Translations under genes and position numbers: made by a program
NCBI GenBank assembly: GCA_019232795.1
Contig: JAFANH010000028.1
Span: 45,991 to 69,990 of the forward strand
DNA from: Burkholderiaceae bacterium
GTDB taxonomy: Bacteria > Pseudomonadota > Gammaproteobacteria > Burkholderiales > Burkholderiaceae_D
Direction: 5' to 3'
DNA: 24,000 nt
Notes under the pieces: generated by a model
The model's database searches: none
Told to the model about the DNA's origin: nothing
The model's input: the letters and a program-made list of their open reading frames with translations, nothing else
Shown here: one piece after another, positions 1-8,099 of the stretch
Layout of the letters: each line of letters opens with the position of its first letter
Position numbering within the stretch: position 1 is the first letter of the stretch

Positions 1-1721
1 CCGACCTCAAGATCAAGATTACGTTCGACAAGGAAGCGCGCACCATCACCGTCGCCGACAACGGCATCGGTATGAGCCGTGAAGAAGCGATCGAACACTT
101 GGGCACTATCGCCAAATCCGGCACCAAGGAATTCTTTTCCAAGCTCTCCGGCGACCAGCAAAAGGACGCGGCCCTGATCGGTCAGTTCGGTGTCGGCTTC
201 TACTCGGCCTTCATCGTCGCCGACCGCATTACCGTAGAATCGCGCCGCGCCGGCGCCACCCAAGGCGTGCGCTGGGAATCCGAAGGCGCAGGCGACTTCA
301 GCGTGGAAGACATCGAGAAAGCTGCACGCGGCACCGACATCACGCTGCATCTGCGGGAAGGCGAAGACGAATTCCTGTCCGACTGGAAGCTCAAGTCCAT
401 CATCCGCAAGTATTCCGACCACATCTCGCTGCCCATCCTGATGAAGAAGGAAGAATGGGATGAGGAAAAGAAGGCGATGGTGCAGAAGGACGAGCTGGAA
501 ACCGTCAACCAGGCCAGCGCACTGTGGGCGCGCAGCAAGTCCGACATCACGGCCGAGCAATACGAAGAGTTCTACAAACACGTCGCCCACGACTTCGAAG
601 CGCCGCTGAGCTACACGCACAACCGCGTCGAGGGCCGCAGCGAATATACGCAGCTTCTCTACATCCCGGCGCGTGCTCCCTACGACCTGTGGGACCGCAA
701 CAAGCGCGGCGGCATCAAGCTCTACGTCAAGCGCGTCTTCATCATGGACGATGCCGAACAACTGATGCCGGTCTACCTGCGCTTCGTCAAGGGCGTGATC
801 GACAGCGCCGACTTGCCGCTCAACGTCTCGCGCGAAATCCTGCAGGAATCGCGCGACGTCAAAGTGATCCGCGAAGGTTCGACCAAGCGCGTGCTCGGCA
901 TGCTGGAAGAACTGGCAAACGCCGAAGAACAGGAAAAGAAAGACAAGTACGCCACCTTCTGGAAGGAATTTGGCCAGGTGCTCAAGGAAGGCATAGGCGA
1001 AGATGCCACCAACAAGGAGCGCATCGCCAAGCTGATCCGCTTCGCCTCCACGCACAACGCGGACGACGCTCAGACCGTGTCGCTGGCGGACTATGTCGGC
1101 CGCATGAAGGAAGGCCAGGACAAACTCTACTACGTCACCGCCGAAACCTGGGCTTCGGCCAAGAACAGCCCGCACCTGGAAATTTTCCGCAAGAAGGGCA
1201 TCGAAGTGCTGTTGCTGACCGACCGCGTCGACGAATGGATGCTGTCCTTCCTCAACGACTTCGACGGCAAGGAACTGGTGTCGGTAGCCAAGGGCGACCT
1301 CGACCTCGGCAAGCTCGAAGACGAGGCAGAGAAAAAGCAGCATGAGGAAACCGAAGCCAGCTACAAGGAACTGGTCGAGAAAATGAAGACGGCTTTGGCC
1401 GACAAGGCCAAGGACGTGCGCGTGACCTTCCGCCTGACCGATTCGCCGGCCTGCCTGGTTTCCGAAGAAAACGAATTGTCAGGCAACCTGGTGCGCATGC
1501 TGAAAGCCGCCGGCCAGAACGCGCCCGATTCCAAACCTATTTTGGAAATCAACCCCGACCACCCGCTGGTGCAACGCCTCAAGTACGAAGAAGCGAAGTT
1601 CGACGACTGGTCCAGCATCCTGTTCGACCAGGCCATGCTGGCAGAGGGCGGTACGCTGGCCGATCCGGCCGGCTTCGTCAAGAAGCTGAATGAGATGCTG
1701 TTGGGGATGGCAAGCCGCTAA
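1..1721 (+). CDS. htpG: Molecular chaperone HtpG (Hsp90 family), 5'-truncated by window edge
   Basis: The frame is open from nt 3 ([44 protein letters not shown]...), so the track's M at 72 is internal. Hsp90 N-domain motifs ADNGIGM and [11 protein letters not shown] are present, followed by full middle and C-terminal regions. Stop TAA 1719-1721. Confidence 0.95.
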   Translation, partial: DLKIKITFDKEARTITVADNGIGMSREEAIEHLGTIAKSGTKEFFSKLSGDQQKDAALIGQFGVGFYSAFIVADRITVESRRAGATQGVRWESEGAGDFSVEDIEKAARGTDITLHLREGEDEFLSDWKLKSIIRKYSDHISLPILMKKEEWDEEKKAMVQKDELETVNQASALWARSKSDITAEQYEEFYKHVAHDFEAPLSYTHNRVEGRSEYTQLLYIPARAPYDLWDRNKRGGIKLYVKRVFIMDDAEQLMPVYLRFVKGVIDSADLPLNVSREILQESRDVKVIREGSTKRVLGMLEELANAEEQEKKDKYATFWKEFGQVLKEGIGEDATNKERIAKLIRFASTHNADDAQTVSLADYVGRMKEGQDKLYYVTAETWASAKNSPHLEIFRKKGIEVLLLTDRVDEWMLSFLNDFDGKELVSVAKGDLDLGKLEDEAEKKQHEETEASYKELVEKMKTALADKAKDVRVTFRLTDSPACLVSEENELSGNLVRMLKAAGQNAPDSKPILEINPDHPLVQRLKYEEAKFDDWSSILFDQAMLAEGGTLADPAGFVKKLNEMLLGMASR

Positions 1722-1750
1722 TCGGCCATACGCAAGCAATCAGCCATCAA

Positions 1751-1795
1751 AAATCGGCCGTCGGTGTAAACACACCGCCGGCCGATTTCTCTTTA
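1751..1795. terminator. Bidirectional rho-independent terminator between convergent htpG and GNAT genes
   Basis: 17-nt arms AAATCGGCCGTCGGTGT (1751-1767) and ACACCGCCGGCCGATTT (1772-1788) with one mismatch and loop AAAC. A T-rich tail (TTTCTCTTT) follows on +, and an A-run on + upstream gives a T-run on -. Confidence 0.7.
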
Positions 1796-2317
1796 CACAT
1801 CGAATTCGTTCCTCAACAGGGCATAGATGTTCATGTCCACGTGTTTGCCGCGTATGAAGTTGGCGCCACGAGAAACGCCCTCCTTCTTGAATCCGCACTT
1901 GATTGCCACCTTTTCCGACGCCAGGTTGCGGCTGTCCATGCGAATTTCCAGGCGATTGATTTGCAGCAAATCGAACAGATGGCGGCTCAGCAAAGTGACC
2001 GCTTCGGTGGCAATGCCTGCACCGCGCTGATCGACTGCAAATATGGTGTAGCCGATCTCACGCGCACTGTAATAAGGCACGGATTTGAAGTAAAAGATGG
2101 TGCCCAGTATGCGGTCGCTGCCGTCGACGATCAGGAAACGCGTCAAATCGTCGCCAGCCATGCCGTCCGCTTCGAACTTCTTTTGCAAATCGACCGGCGA
2201 AAACATCGTATTGGGCAGGTATTCACCCCTGGCATCCAAATCATTCAGCAGTGAAACGAGTTGCTCCAGGTCGTTCCTGCGAACATGACGCAGATTGATC
2301 CGGCTTCCTTTGATCAT
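1793..2317 (-). CDS. GNAT family N-acetyltransferase (RimJ/RimL-like)
   Basis: RimJ/L-like N-terminus (INLRHVRRNDLEQL) and an acetyl-CoA loop region (IFAVDQRGAGIATEAV); size is typical of the family. ATG at 2317 (AAGGA 9 nt upstream) is preferred over the track's TTG at 2335. It lies 19 nt downstream of the reductase stop on the same strand. Confidence 0.8.
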   Translation of the reverse strand: MIKGSRINLRHVRRNDLEQLVSLLNDLDARGEYLPNTMFSPVDLQKKFEADGMAGDDLTRFLIVDGSDRILGTIFYFKSVPYYSAREIGYTIFAVDQRGAGIATEAVTLLSRHLFDLLQINRLEIRMDSRNLASEKVAIKCGFKKEGVSRGANFIRGKHVDMNIYALLRNEFDV

Positions 2318-2336
2318 TGCAACGAGTCCTTTCAAA

Positions 2337-3350
2337 CTAGCGGCACAAGCCTAGCTCGCGCTCCAACATTTTCCCCGGCAAGGCCGCCGCGCCCTGCTCC
2401 GCCTTGCGCATCAATTCCACAGTGCGCCGATTCACCGGTGCGTCATGTCCCAGCGATTCGGCAAGCCGGACCACGGCGCCATTGATGTAATCGACTTCGG
2501 TACGCCGACCCGCTTGCAAGTCTTCCCACATCGACGAGCGCGCTTCGGGGTCGATGCGCAGCATGCCACCGGCAATGCGCGCAAACAGGAAATCGGGCAG
2601 ACGCAGGATAGTCGGCAGCAACTTGGGGCTGACCCTGGCGATCTTTTGCGGTTCGATATGGGCAAGGCGCATGATGTTGGTCGCCTCTTCCATCAGGGCA
2701 GCCACACAGCGCCGGTAGGCGCGCTGCGACAATTCTTCCTTGAGCGGCACGCCGGACAGTGCGTTGACCGGGTTGTTCAAATTCAGCAAGAGCTTGCCCC
2801 ATTGCACGGCGCGGAAGTCTTCGTGTTCGATCAGCGGCAAACCGGCCGCAGCAAACAGCGGCTTCCAGCGTTCGACAGACGGCGACACCTCGAGCATCAA
2901 TTCGCCCTCGGTACCGCGGTGCAGGCGAGCGCCTTCCATCTGCACCACGTTGAACGGCACCATGCCGCCCAGGACCTCGTGACCGGGCAAGGCGGCACGC
3001 AGCGTATCGGCATTGCCGATGCCGTTCTGGAAGCTGACAACCAGCGCCTTGTCGCCGCTGCCGGCCGTGTGTTCGGCAATTGCGCGTGCCGCGACTTCGG
3101 TGTCGGCACTCTTGACCGTGACCAGAATCAGGTCGGCATCGCGCAAGGCGGCGGGGTCTTGCACATAGTCGATTTGCGCCGGCTGCAATGCATGGTCGCG
3201 ACCTTGCAGATCGGTCAAATGCAAACCGTGCTCGGCAATCCGCTGCGCCATGCGTGCACGGCCTACCATGACGACGTTGCCGCCGGCGGCGGTCAAAGCA
3301 CCGCCTAGATAGGCGCCGATAGAACCGGCGCCCAATACCGCAATTTTCAT
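2337..3350 (-). CDS. 2-dehydropantoate 2-reductase family protein (PanE/ApbA-like)
   Basis: N-terminal Rossmann motif MKIAVLGAGSIGAYLGG; about 337 aa, as in the ketopantoate reductase family. ATG at 3350 is preferred to the track's TTG at 3380, which would add 10 non-conserved residues. I cannot tell whether this is the true panE or a paralogue. Confidence 0.8.
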   Translation of the reverse strand: MKIAVLGAGSIGAYLGGALTAAGGNVVMVGRARMAQRIAEHGLHLTDLQGRDHALQPAQIDYVQDPAALRDADLILVTVKSADTEVAARAIAEHTAGSGDKALVVSFQNGIGNADTLRAALPGHEVLGGMVPFNVVQMEGARLHRGTEGELMLEVSPSVERWKPLFAAAGLPLIEHEDFRAVQWGKLLLNLNNPVNALSGVPLKEELSQRAYRRCVAALMEEATNIMRLAHIEPQKIARVSPKLLPTILRLPDFLFARIAGGMLRIDPEARSSMWEDLQAGRRTEVDYINGAVVRLAESLGHDAPVNRRTVELMRKAEQGAAALPGKMLERELGLCR

Positions 3351-3410
3351 ATGGGAAGGAGATTGAGAGTGGTTACGCAACGCCTGGTAGACACTGTTCG
3401 GCAGCTGCGG

Positions 3411-3854
3411 CTAATAAGCGATATTCAACCTGCGATACAGTACGTTGAGCACGTACAGCGGCCCGATCAACAGGTAGCGCAAGTCTTCGAAGAACGAGGG
3501 CTTCTTGCCTTCGATCTTGTGGCCGATGAATTGGCCGATCCAGGCGATGACGAATACCGCAATCGAACCGGGAAATACGGCAGCCGGCGGCGTGACCTGC
3601 AGCAGCCACAACATGATGCTGGACATGACCACCATGCCGACTGCAAAAGGCAGCGACAGGGTGAAATAGTAGATCAGCGACAGCAGCACGGCGCCATAGG
3701 CTACGAAAGGATGCGCGGTCCAGAGCATGCCCAATGCCGACAGCACGATGGCGGGCACGCACACGCAATGGATCAGTTCGTTGACAGGATGCCTGTGGCT
3801 CTCGTCATAGTGCTCCATCAAGACATCAATGCGACGTTGCTTGGTTTGGTCCAT
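3411..3854 (-). CDS. DUF962 / Mpo1-like membrane protein
   Basis: 147 aa with 3-4 hydrophobic helices. His-rich N-terminal motif HRHPVNELIH and C-terminal GHKIEGKKPSFFEDL, as I recall for the YGL010w/Mpo1-like family. GGGGAG Shine-Dalgarno just upstream of the ATG at 3854. Confidence 0.7.
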   Translation of the reverse strand: MDQTKQRRIDVLMEHYDESHRHPVNELIHCVCVPAIVLSALGMLWTAHPFVAYGAVLLSLIYYFTLSLPFAVGMVVMSSIMLWLLQVTPPAAVFPGSIAVFVIAWIGQFIGHKIEGKKPSFFEDLRYLLIGPLYVLNVLYRRLNIAY

Positions 3855-3967
3855 GGTCTCCCCCGAGTTGTATAGTTTATTCGGTCATTATCACCCGAGA
3901 GCGGCATGCCAAGCAACGCAAGGGCACGATTGCCCTCGTGCGTCTCGAGGCCAGCCGGAAAAAGCGT

Positions 3968-4795
3968 TCAAGAACCCGGTATGAATTTGAATTCGGAAAT
4001 GACGATTTCCACTTCCTGGCCGTTGCTTGGCGCCAATCCCTTGAACAGCCACAAATTCATGTACAAAGGAAAGAAACCCAGCGGGATTTGCGTGGACGGA
4101 CTGGCGGGCGCAAAGGTCCAGGTCGCGTACTGACCGGTGTTGTCGTCGACCAAGCCGGACAGCGCCTGAAACACGATCTGGTTCTGTGTCCAGTTGAAGC
4201 GGTGCGTGCTGAGACCGGTGTTGGCACGGGCGTCAAACGATTGCGTCGAGTTGGCGATGCCGGTGACAGCTGGCCATACCGTCCAATTGCCCGCATTCAC
4301 CTGCTGGCCGCCCCAAGTGGAAAATTCGATGTCGATTTCGTTGGTGCCGTCCGGACCGGCGCCCGGCGTGGTGTAAGTAAACAAGCCGAGCACCACATTC
4401 TTATCGAGCGCCTCCGGATGGCCAATGATCTTGAATTGAAAGGTTCCGTAGCTGAAAGTCTGATCCGAATAGATTTGCGCCGTGCTCCACTGCCCGCCGT
4501 TATTGGCGATTTTCAGATGCAGATAGCCGTTCGAGTCGACCCAGACGTTCTGGCTGCTCCAGGTATTCGGCCCGGGGCCGCTCGTGCCCGAATACACTTC
4601 AAAGGTGTAACCGGAAAAGTTGATGGTGCTGGCGCCGGGTTGCGAGGGCGTCGAGGCGGTGTTCGGCGGCGTGCTTGTGCTTGAGGAGGAGCTACTGCCG
4701 GAACTCGCGCCACCGGAACCGCCGCCACAGCCGACTAGCAACGCGGTAGCAGAGATAACAGCAAGCCAGGGGAGAGATCGATTCTTGATAGGCAT
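3968..4795 (-). CDS. Glycoside hydrolase family 16 lipoprotein (beta-glucanase-like)
   Basis: Lipobox LLVGC after a basic/hydrophobic signal (MPIKNRSLPWLAVISATALLVGC). A long G/S/T/P linker is followed by a beta-jelly-roll-like domain with the GH16 catalytic signature EIDIEF (ExDxE). ATG at 4795 is preferred to the TTG at 4834. Confidence 0.8.
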   Translation of the reverse strand: MPIKNRSLPWLAVISATALLVGCGGGSGGASSGSSSSSSTSTPPNTASTPSQPGASTINFSGYTFEVYSGTSGPGPNTWSSQNVWVDSNGYLHLKIANNGGQWSTAQIYSDQTFSYGTFQFKIIGHPEALDKNVVLGLFTYTTPGAGPDGTNEIDIEFSTWGGQQVNAGNWTVWPAVTGIANSTQSFDARANTGLSTHRFNWTQNQIVFQALSGLVDDNTGQYATWTFAPASPSTQIPLGFFPLYMNLWLFKGLAPSNGQEVEIVISEFKFIPGS

Positions 4796-4845
4796 CGGGA
4801 TTTTATTGGAGACCGTTTTTTGATTGTAGCGCAATCGCCCCGCGT

Positions 4846-5604
4846 CTAACGCCCTCCGGCCACGTCCAGCAAGCTGCCCGTCACGTACGATGCCTCATCC
4901 GACAACAACCACAGAATTGCGCGCGCCACTTCTTCCGGCTGAGCGCCGCGCTGCATGGGTACCGCATTCTTGACTCGGTCCACGCGTCCGGGTTCGCCGC
5001 CGCTCGCGTGAATCTCGGTGTACACCACGCCCGGTCGCACCGCGTTGACGCGTATGCCTTCGGCCGCCACTTCCTTGGCCAGCCCCAACGTCAGGGTATC
5101 GATCGCGCCCTTGGACGCGGCGTAATCGATATATTCACCCGGAGAGCCCAACCGCGATGCCGCCGAGGAAACGTTCACGATGACACCGCCCGCGCCGCCG
5201 TGCAGGGTCGACATGCGGCGCACCGCTTCGCGCGCACAGAGGAAGCTGCCGGTAACGTTGGTGGCGAGCACCCGGTTCCAGCGCGCCGCGTCCATCTGAT
5301 CCAGCCGCATATGCTGTTCCAGCATGCCGGCATTGTTGACCAGCGCCGTCACCGCCCCCCAGTTGCGATCCACGGTTTCGAACAATTGCACCACCTGCTG
5401 TTCCACCGAAACGTCCGCGGCCACGGCCAGCGCCCTGCCGCCGCCGGCAACAATTTCATCCACCACGGCTTGTGCGGCTTCGCGACGCTCGCGATAGCTG
5501 ATGCAGACGGCATAGCCGCGCGCCGCCGCCAATTTTGCGGTCGCGGCGCCTATGCCACGGCTGCCGCCGGTGACGATCACGATTTTTTCTTGGTCCCGGG
5601 TCAT
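4846..5604 (-). CDS. SDR family NAD(P)-dependent oxidoreductase
   Basis: TGGSRGIG cofactor motif, NNAG, and catalytic YAASK (YxxxK). 252 aa. AAGGA Shine-Dalgarno 6 nt upstream of the ATG. Confidence 0.9.
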   Translation of the reverse strand: MTRDQEKIVIVTGGSRGIGAATAKLAAARGYAVCISYRERREAAQAVVDEIVAGGGRALAVAADVSVEQQVVQLFETVDRNWGAVTALVNNAGMLEQHMRLDQMDAARWNRVLATNVTGSFLCAREAVRRMSTLHGGAGGVIVNVSSAASRLGSPGEYIDYAASKGAIDTLTLGLAKEVAAEGIRVNAVRPGVVYTEIHASGGEPGRVDRVKNAVPMQRGAQPEEVARAILWLLSDEASYVTGSLLDVAGGR

Positions 5605-5705
5605 GCGTCACATCCTTCAATTCATGAGGAATTATCGCCGTGGGACTCGCCATGGGCAATAAAACAACATACATCCGACAGAAACACCAATTATTTGATC
5701 GACAT

Positions 5706-5748
5706 TTACATAAGCACTTATATATGTGTAATATAAGCGCTTATGTAA
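5706..5748. promoter_or_regulatory. Paired palindromic boxes (putative MarR operator) upstream of the CPBP-marR operon
   Basis: Two 12-bp boxes: ATAAGCACTTAT (5710-5721, 10/12 palindromic) and ATAAGCGCTTAT (5733-5744, perfect palindrome), 23 bp centre to centre. Together they form 18-nt inverted arms TTACATAAGCACTTATAT / ATATAAGCGCTTATGTAA with one mismatch. They sit 49-83 bp upstream of the CPBP ATG in an AT-rich divergent intergenic region. Confidence 0.5.
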
Positions 5749-5792
5749 TGTTGAAGAACGCGTGCATCATACTTAACCACAGGAGATTCGCC

Positions 5793-6659
5793 ATGACGTC
5801 TGACATCGCTAACCAAGCATCCGCAACAGGCTGGACGAGCCGCCTCTGGCGCGCGGCGCCGATTCGCATCATTGCGGGTGCGCTGTTGTGCATTGCACCC
5901 GTGGCATTTTTTATGGCGGCCACCCATGCCTTGATAGACAAGCCTTACCGGCAAGTGTGGCCATTCGTGCTGTCAGCAGTGTTATGCCTGGGAATCTATC
6001 GCTGGTTTGCCCAGACCCTGGAAAAACGGACTGCGGTCGAGCTCGCGCGCAATGCGGCGCTACGCGAATTTGCGCTCGGATCGCTGATGGGGCTGGCCCT
6101 GATCTGCGCCGTCACTTTTGTCTTGTGGACAGCCGGCGTGGTCCACTTCGAAGGGGCCGGCAACGGTGGTTGGCTGAATCCGCTGGCGGAGATGTTGTTG
6201 GCTGCCACGCTGGAAGAAGTGGTGTTCCGCGCCGTCCTGTTTCGCATCCTGGCCGACTGGCTGGGCGCCAGGATCGCGCTGGTGGTCTCGGCACTGCTGT
6301 TTGGCTTGGCCCACTTTTCCGGCGATGGCTTCTCATTGTTCGCCTTCGCCGGCGTCACGCTGGCAGGCGTGTTGCTGACCTCGGCATTCCTGCGGACCGG
6401 CCGCCTGTGGCTGCCCATAGGTTTGCATTTCGGCTGGAATTTCACCAGCGTTGCCGTATTCGGCTATGCCACTTCAGGCAATCCCGCGCAAGGGATGTTG
6501 CGAACGACCCTCGCCGGGCCGGACTGGCTGACCGGGGGAGCATTCGGAGTCGAAGCGTCCGCGGTCACTCTGATTGCCATCGCCCTGCTCTCCGCCGCCC
6601 TGCTTGCACTGCCCAAAAAGCGCATGCAGCCCGCCACCCAACAGGAAAGCCATGCCTAG
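5793..6659 (+). CDS. CPBP family intramembrane glutamic endopeptidase (CAAX protease / Abi-type)
   Basis: Multi-pass membrane protein with the three CPBP motifs EEVVFR (EExxxR), FGLAH (FxxxH) and HFGWN (HxxxN). ATG at 5793 is preceded by AGGAG (5781-5785). The track's upstream extension from 5640 runs through the AT-rich promoter region. Confidence 0.85.
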   Translation: MTSDIANQASATGWTSRLWRAAPIRIIAGALLCIAPVAFFMAATHALIDKPYRQVWPFVLSAVLCLGIYRWFAQTLEKRTAVELARNAALREFALGSLMGLALICAVTFVLWTAGVVHFEGAGNGGWLNPLAEMLLAATLEEVVFRAVLFRILADWLGARIALVVSALLFGLAHFSGDGFSLFAFAGVTLAGVLLTSAFLRTGRLWLPIGLHFGWNFTSVAVFGYATSGNPAQGMLRTTLAGPDWLTGGAFGVEASAVTLIAIALLSAALLALPKKRMQPATQQESHA

Positions 6660-7125
6660 AACCTTGGGTACGCTATTGCGCCATCTCATCGAGCTGCTCG
6701 ACAGCGCGGTGGAACGGGCTTACACCGATGCTGGTCTCGACTATCGTCCGCGCTATACGCCCGTCATGCGCGTACTCATACGCCAAGGGCCAGCGACCAT
6801 AGGCGAGATTGCCGAATCGGCGGCCATTACCCAGCCGGCGGTCACCCAAACCATCGGGCGGATGACCGAAGCCGGTTTGGTATCGATCGTGCCGGGCGTC
6901 CGCGACGCCCGGCAGCGGATTGTTCAGCTAACGCCTGAAGGCCAGACCCTGGTATCCGAACTCGAGCGCTGCTGGCGCGCTACCGCCTTAGCGGCGCAAA
7001 GCCTCGACCAGGACCTTGCGCTGCCGTTGGGCGACGTGTTGGAGGCAGCCATTCTGGCGCTGGAAAAGCACCCTTTCGAAGAGCGTATCCGCGAAGCCAG
7101 GCGCTCCCTGGAGCTCGGCAGTTGA
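6652..7125 (+). CDS. MarR family transcriptional regulator
   Basis: Winged-HTH region IGEIAESAAITQPAVTQTIGRMTEAGLVSIVPGVRDARQRIVQLTPEG; 157 aa. The start ATG at 6652 overlaps the CPBP stop by 8 nt (ATGCCTAG), with AGGAAAG upstream, which suggests translational coupling. Confidence 0.9.
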   Translation: MPRTLGTLLRHLIELLDSAVERAYTDAGLDYRPRYTPVMRVLIRQGPATIGEIAESAAITQPAVTQTIGRMTEAGLVSIVPGVRDARQRIVQLTPEGQTLVSELERCWRATALAAQSLDQDLALPLGDVLEAAILALEKHPFEERIREARRSLELGS

Positions 7126-7272
7126 ACCCTGAAGCATGAAAAACGAAAGCCAGCAGGTGCGCAAGCGCTGCTTCGATCCGGTGGTCGATGAGCGCAGCCG
7201 CTTGCTTGTGCTCGGCAGCCTGCCCGGCGAGAAATCGCTGGCGCTTCAGCAGTACTATGGGAACAGACAAAA

Positions 7273-7298
7273 GAATTTTTGGTCAATTTGACACCTGA
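7273..7298. repeat. Left terminal inverted repeat of the insertion element
   Basis: GAATTTTTGGTCAATTTGACACCTGA. The core 7281-7298 is the exact reverse complement of 8074-8091. The outer 8 nt match the reverse complement of 8092-8099 at 6/8. Confidence 0.8.
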
Positions 7299-8019
7299 GA
7301 TCACCCCTGCTGGATATAATTTGGCCGTTACCCACGACCTGTCTTCAATCAACGATGAGAACCGTTCGTCGTTCATCGGTGGAAGCGCGATCCCATTCTG
7401 TTGAAGGTATGTACCAAGCGCTCCAACAGCCATCAGGTCGGTCATCTTCATGTAATAAATTCGTGACGCAGGGAAGTTATCGGCTACGGCGTAGAAAGCA
7501 TTAAAATGGAATACGCCTCCCCCTATGTAGATGTGCGTACTATTCGCAGTCTTCATCATGCGCAGAAGATCTATTTGATTCGGCATCTCAATCGCGACCA
7601 CTGGCATTTTGGGCTTGAGTACGTTGCCTGCCATGCTCTTTACACATGTGTCCGTATCTCGTCCGTCCAAGCCATGCTCAAAACAAATTTGGATCATCTG
7701 GTTGATGGTCAAGGTATACCTTCAAGTTCAAATGGTTGATAACCATGCTGATATGCGTCCATGCCACGCAAAGTCAAGCCAGTGGCAGCAGCTTCGACCA
7801 ACTTCATGAAGAAGGCTTCATAGCTCATCAGGCAACTATGGCCAGAAGGTTTGAAGGGCTTATAGAATGAATCTCGGAACCTTGCCGCAAGTCGCTGAGA
7901 ACCGCATGAATGCTCGCTCTACGCCAGTTTTCGGGTCCAAATTCTGCGCAAAAATCGGGAGGCGCGGCAGAAATTTTGTACCCATAACACCGACCGCATT
8001 GCCCTAGTCGCCAGACCAC
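7273..8019 (-). pseudogene. Frame-broken transposase-like coding remnant inside the element
   Basis: Three abutting minus-strand ORFs, each -1 relative to the previous. ORF a is 8019-7828, ORF b is 7828-7709 (TGATG overlap with a), and ORF c is 7712-7273 with no stop before the element end. The motifs Cys-pair/HTH-like, then VVAIEMPNQ, YMKMTD and SLIEDRS follow the order of IS1 InsA/InsB as I remember it. Confidence 0.4.
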
Positions 8020-8073
8020 GCAAATCGTAACACCATGATTTATATTGATAATTAAAAATTCAGACGAATAAAT

Positions 8074-8099
8074 TCAGGTGTCAAATTGACCAGAAGTTC
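8074..8099. repeat. Right terminal inverted repeat of the insertion element
   Basis: TCAGGTGTCAAATTGACCAGAAGTTC, the reverse complement of the left repeat (18/18 core, 24/26 overall). Confidence 0.8.

Larger units (their letters stand above)
7273..8099 (-). mobile_element. TIR-bounded insertion element (about 0.83 kb), decayed; weak IS1-family-like motif order
   Basis: Perfect 18-bp terminal inverted repeats, extendable to 26 bp with 2 mismatches, and flanked by AA/AA. The element interrupts a conserved gene. Hand-counted GC is 45% (7441-7500) and 27% (8021-8080), against 63% in the flank (7141-7200). The internal coding is split over three -1-shifted frames on the minus strand. The family call is tentative. 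Confidence 0.75.

Noticed and set aside
524-1345. 273-aa plus-strand ORF (Arg/Pro/Gly/Ala-rich) and several minus-strand ORFs within 200-1739
   Set aside because: These are alternate-frame or antisense overlaps of the well-supported htpG frame. Their composition is typical of off-frame translation of GC-rich coding DNA.
3915-3945. Hairpin AGGGCA-CGAT-TGCCCT downstream of the GH16 gene as a terminator
   Set aside because: The stem is only 6 bp and there is no adjacent T-run on the relevant (minus) strand. This is too weak to annotate.
5640-5792. Upstream extension of the CPBP ORF (track start 5640)
   Set aside because: It would translate the AT-rich promoter and operator region. AGGAG plus the ATG at 5793 gives a start just before the first TM helix.
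2445-6802. Track ORFs 2445..3308(+), 3351..3875(+), 3373..3768(-), 3938..4684(+), 5008..5736(+) and 5888..6802(+)
   Set aside because: Each is antisense or out of frame to a motif-supported gene (PanE-family, DUF962, GH16, SDR, CPBP). None has recognisable motifs, and all are R/G/A/P/H-biased.
7273-7330. IS5-family interpretation of the element, based on the C-terminal ...LIEDRSWVTAKL...GVKLTKNSF resembling the IS5 Y-R-E-K / RYDK...F tail
   Set aside because: The KLTKNSF part is encoded by the terminal inverted repeat itself, so the resemblance is probably coincidental. Upstream motif spacing (AIEM..., MTD, IED) fits IS1 InsB better than the IS5 DDE spacing. Both family calls remain unverified.
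6924-7712. 262-aa minus-strand ORF spanning the element border, the glycosylase 5' end and marR
   Set aside because: It is chimeric. Only 7273-7712 is element-derived coding sequence. The rest is read-through antisense to marR and the glycosylase gene, caused by the lack of a stop codon before the element end. It is not a genuine 262-aa protein.
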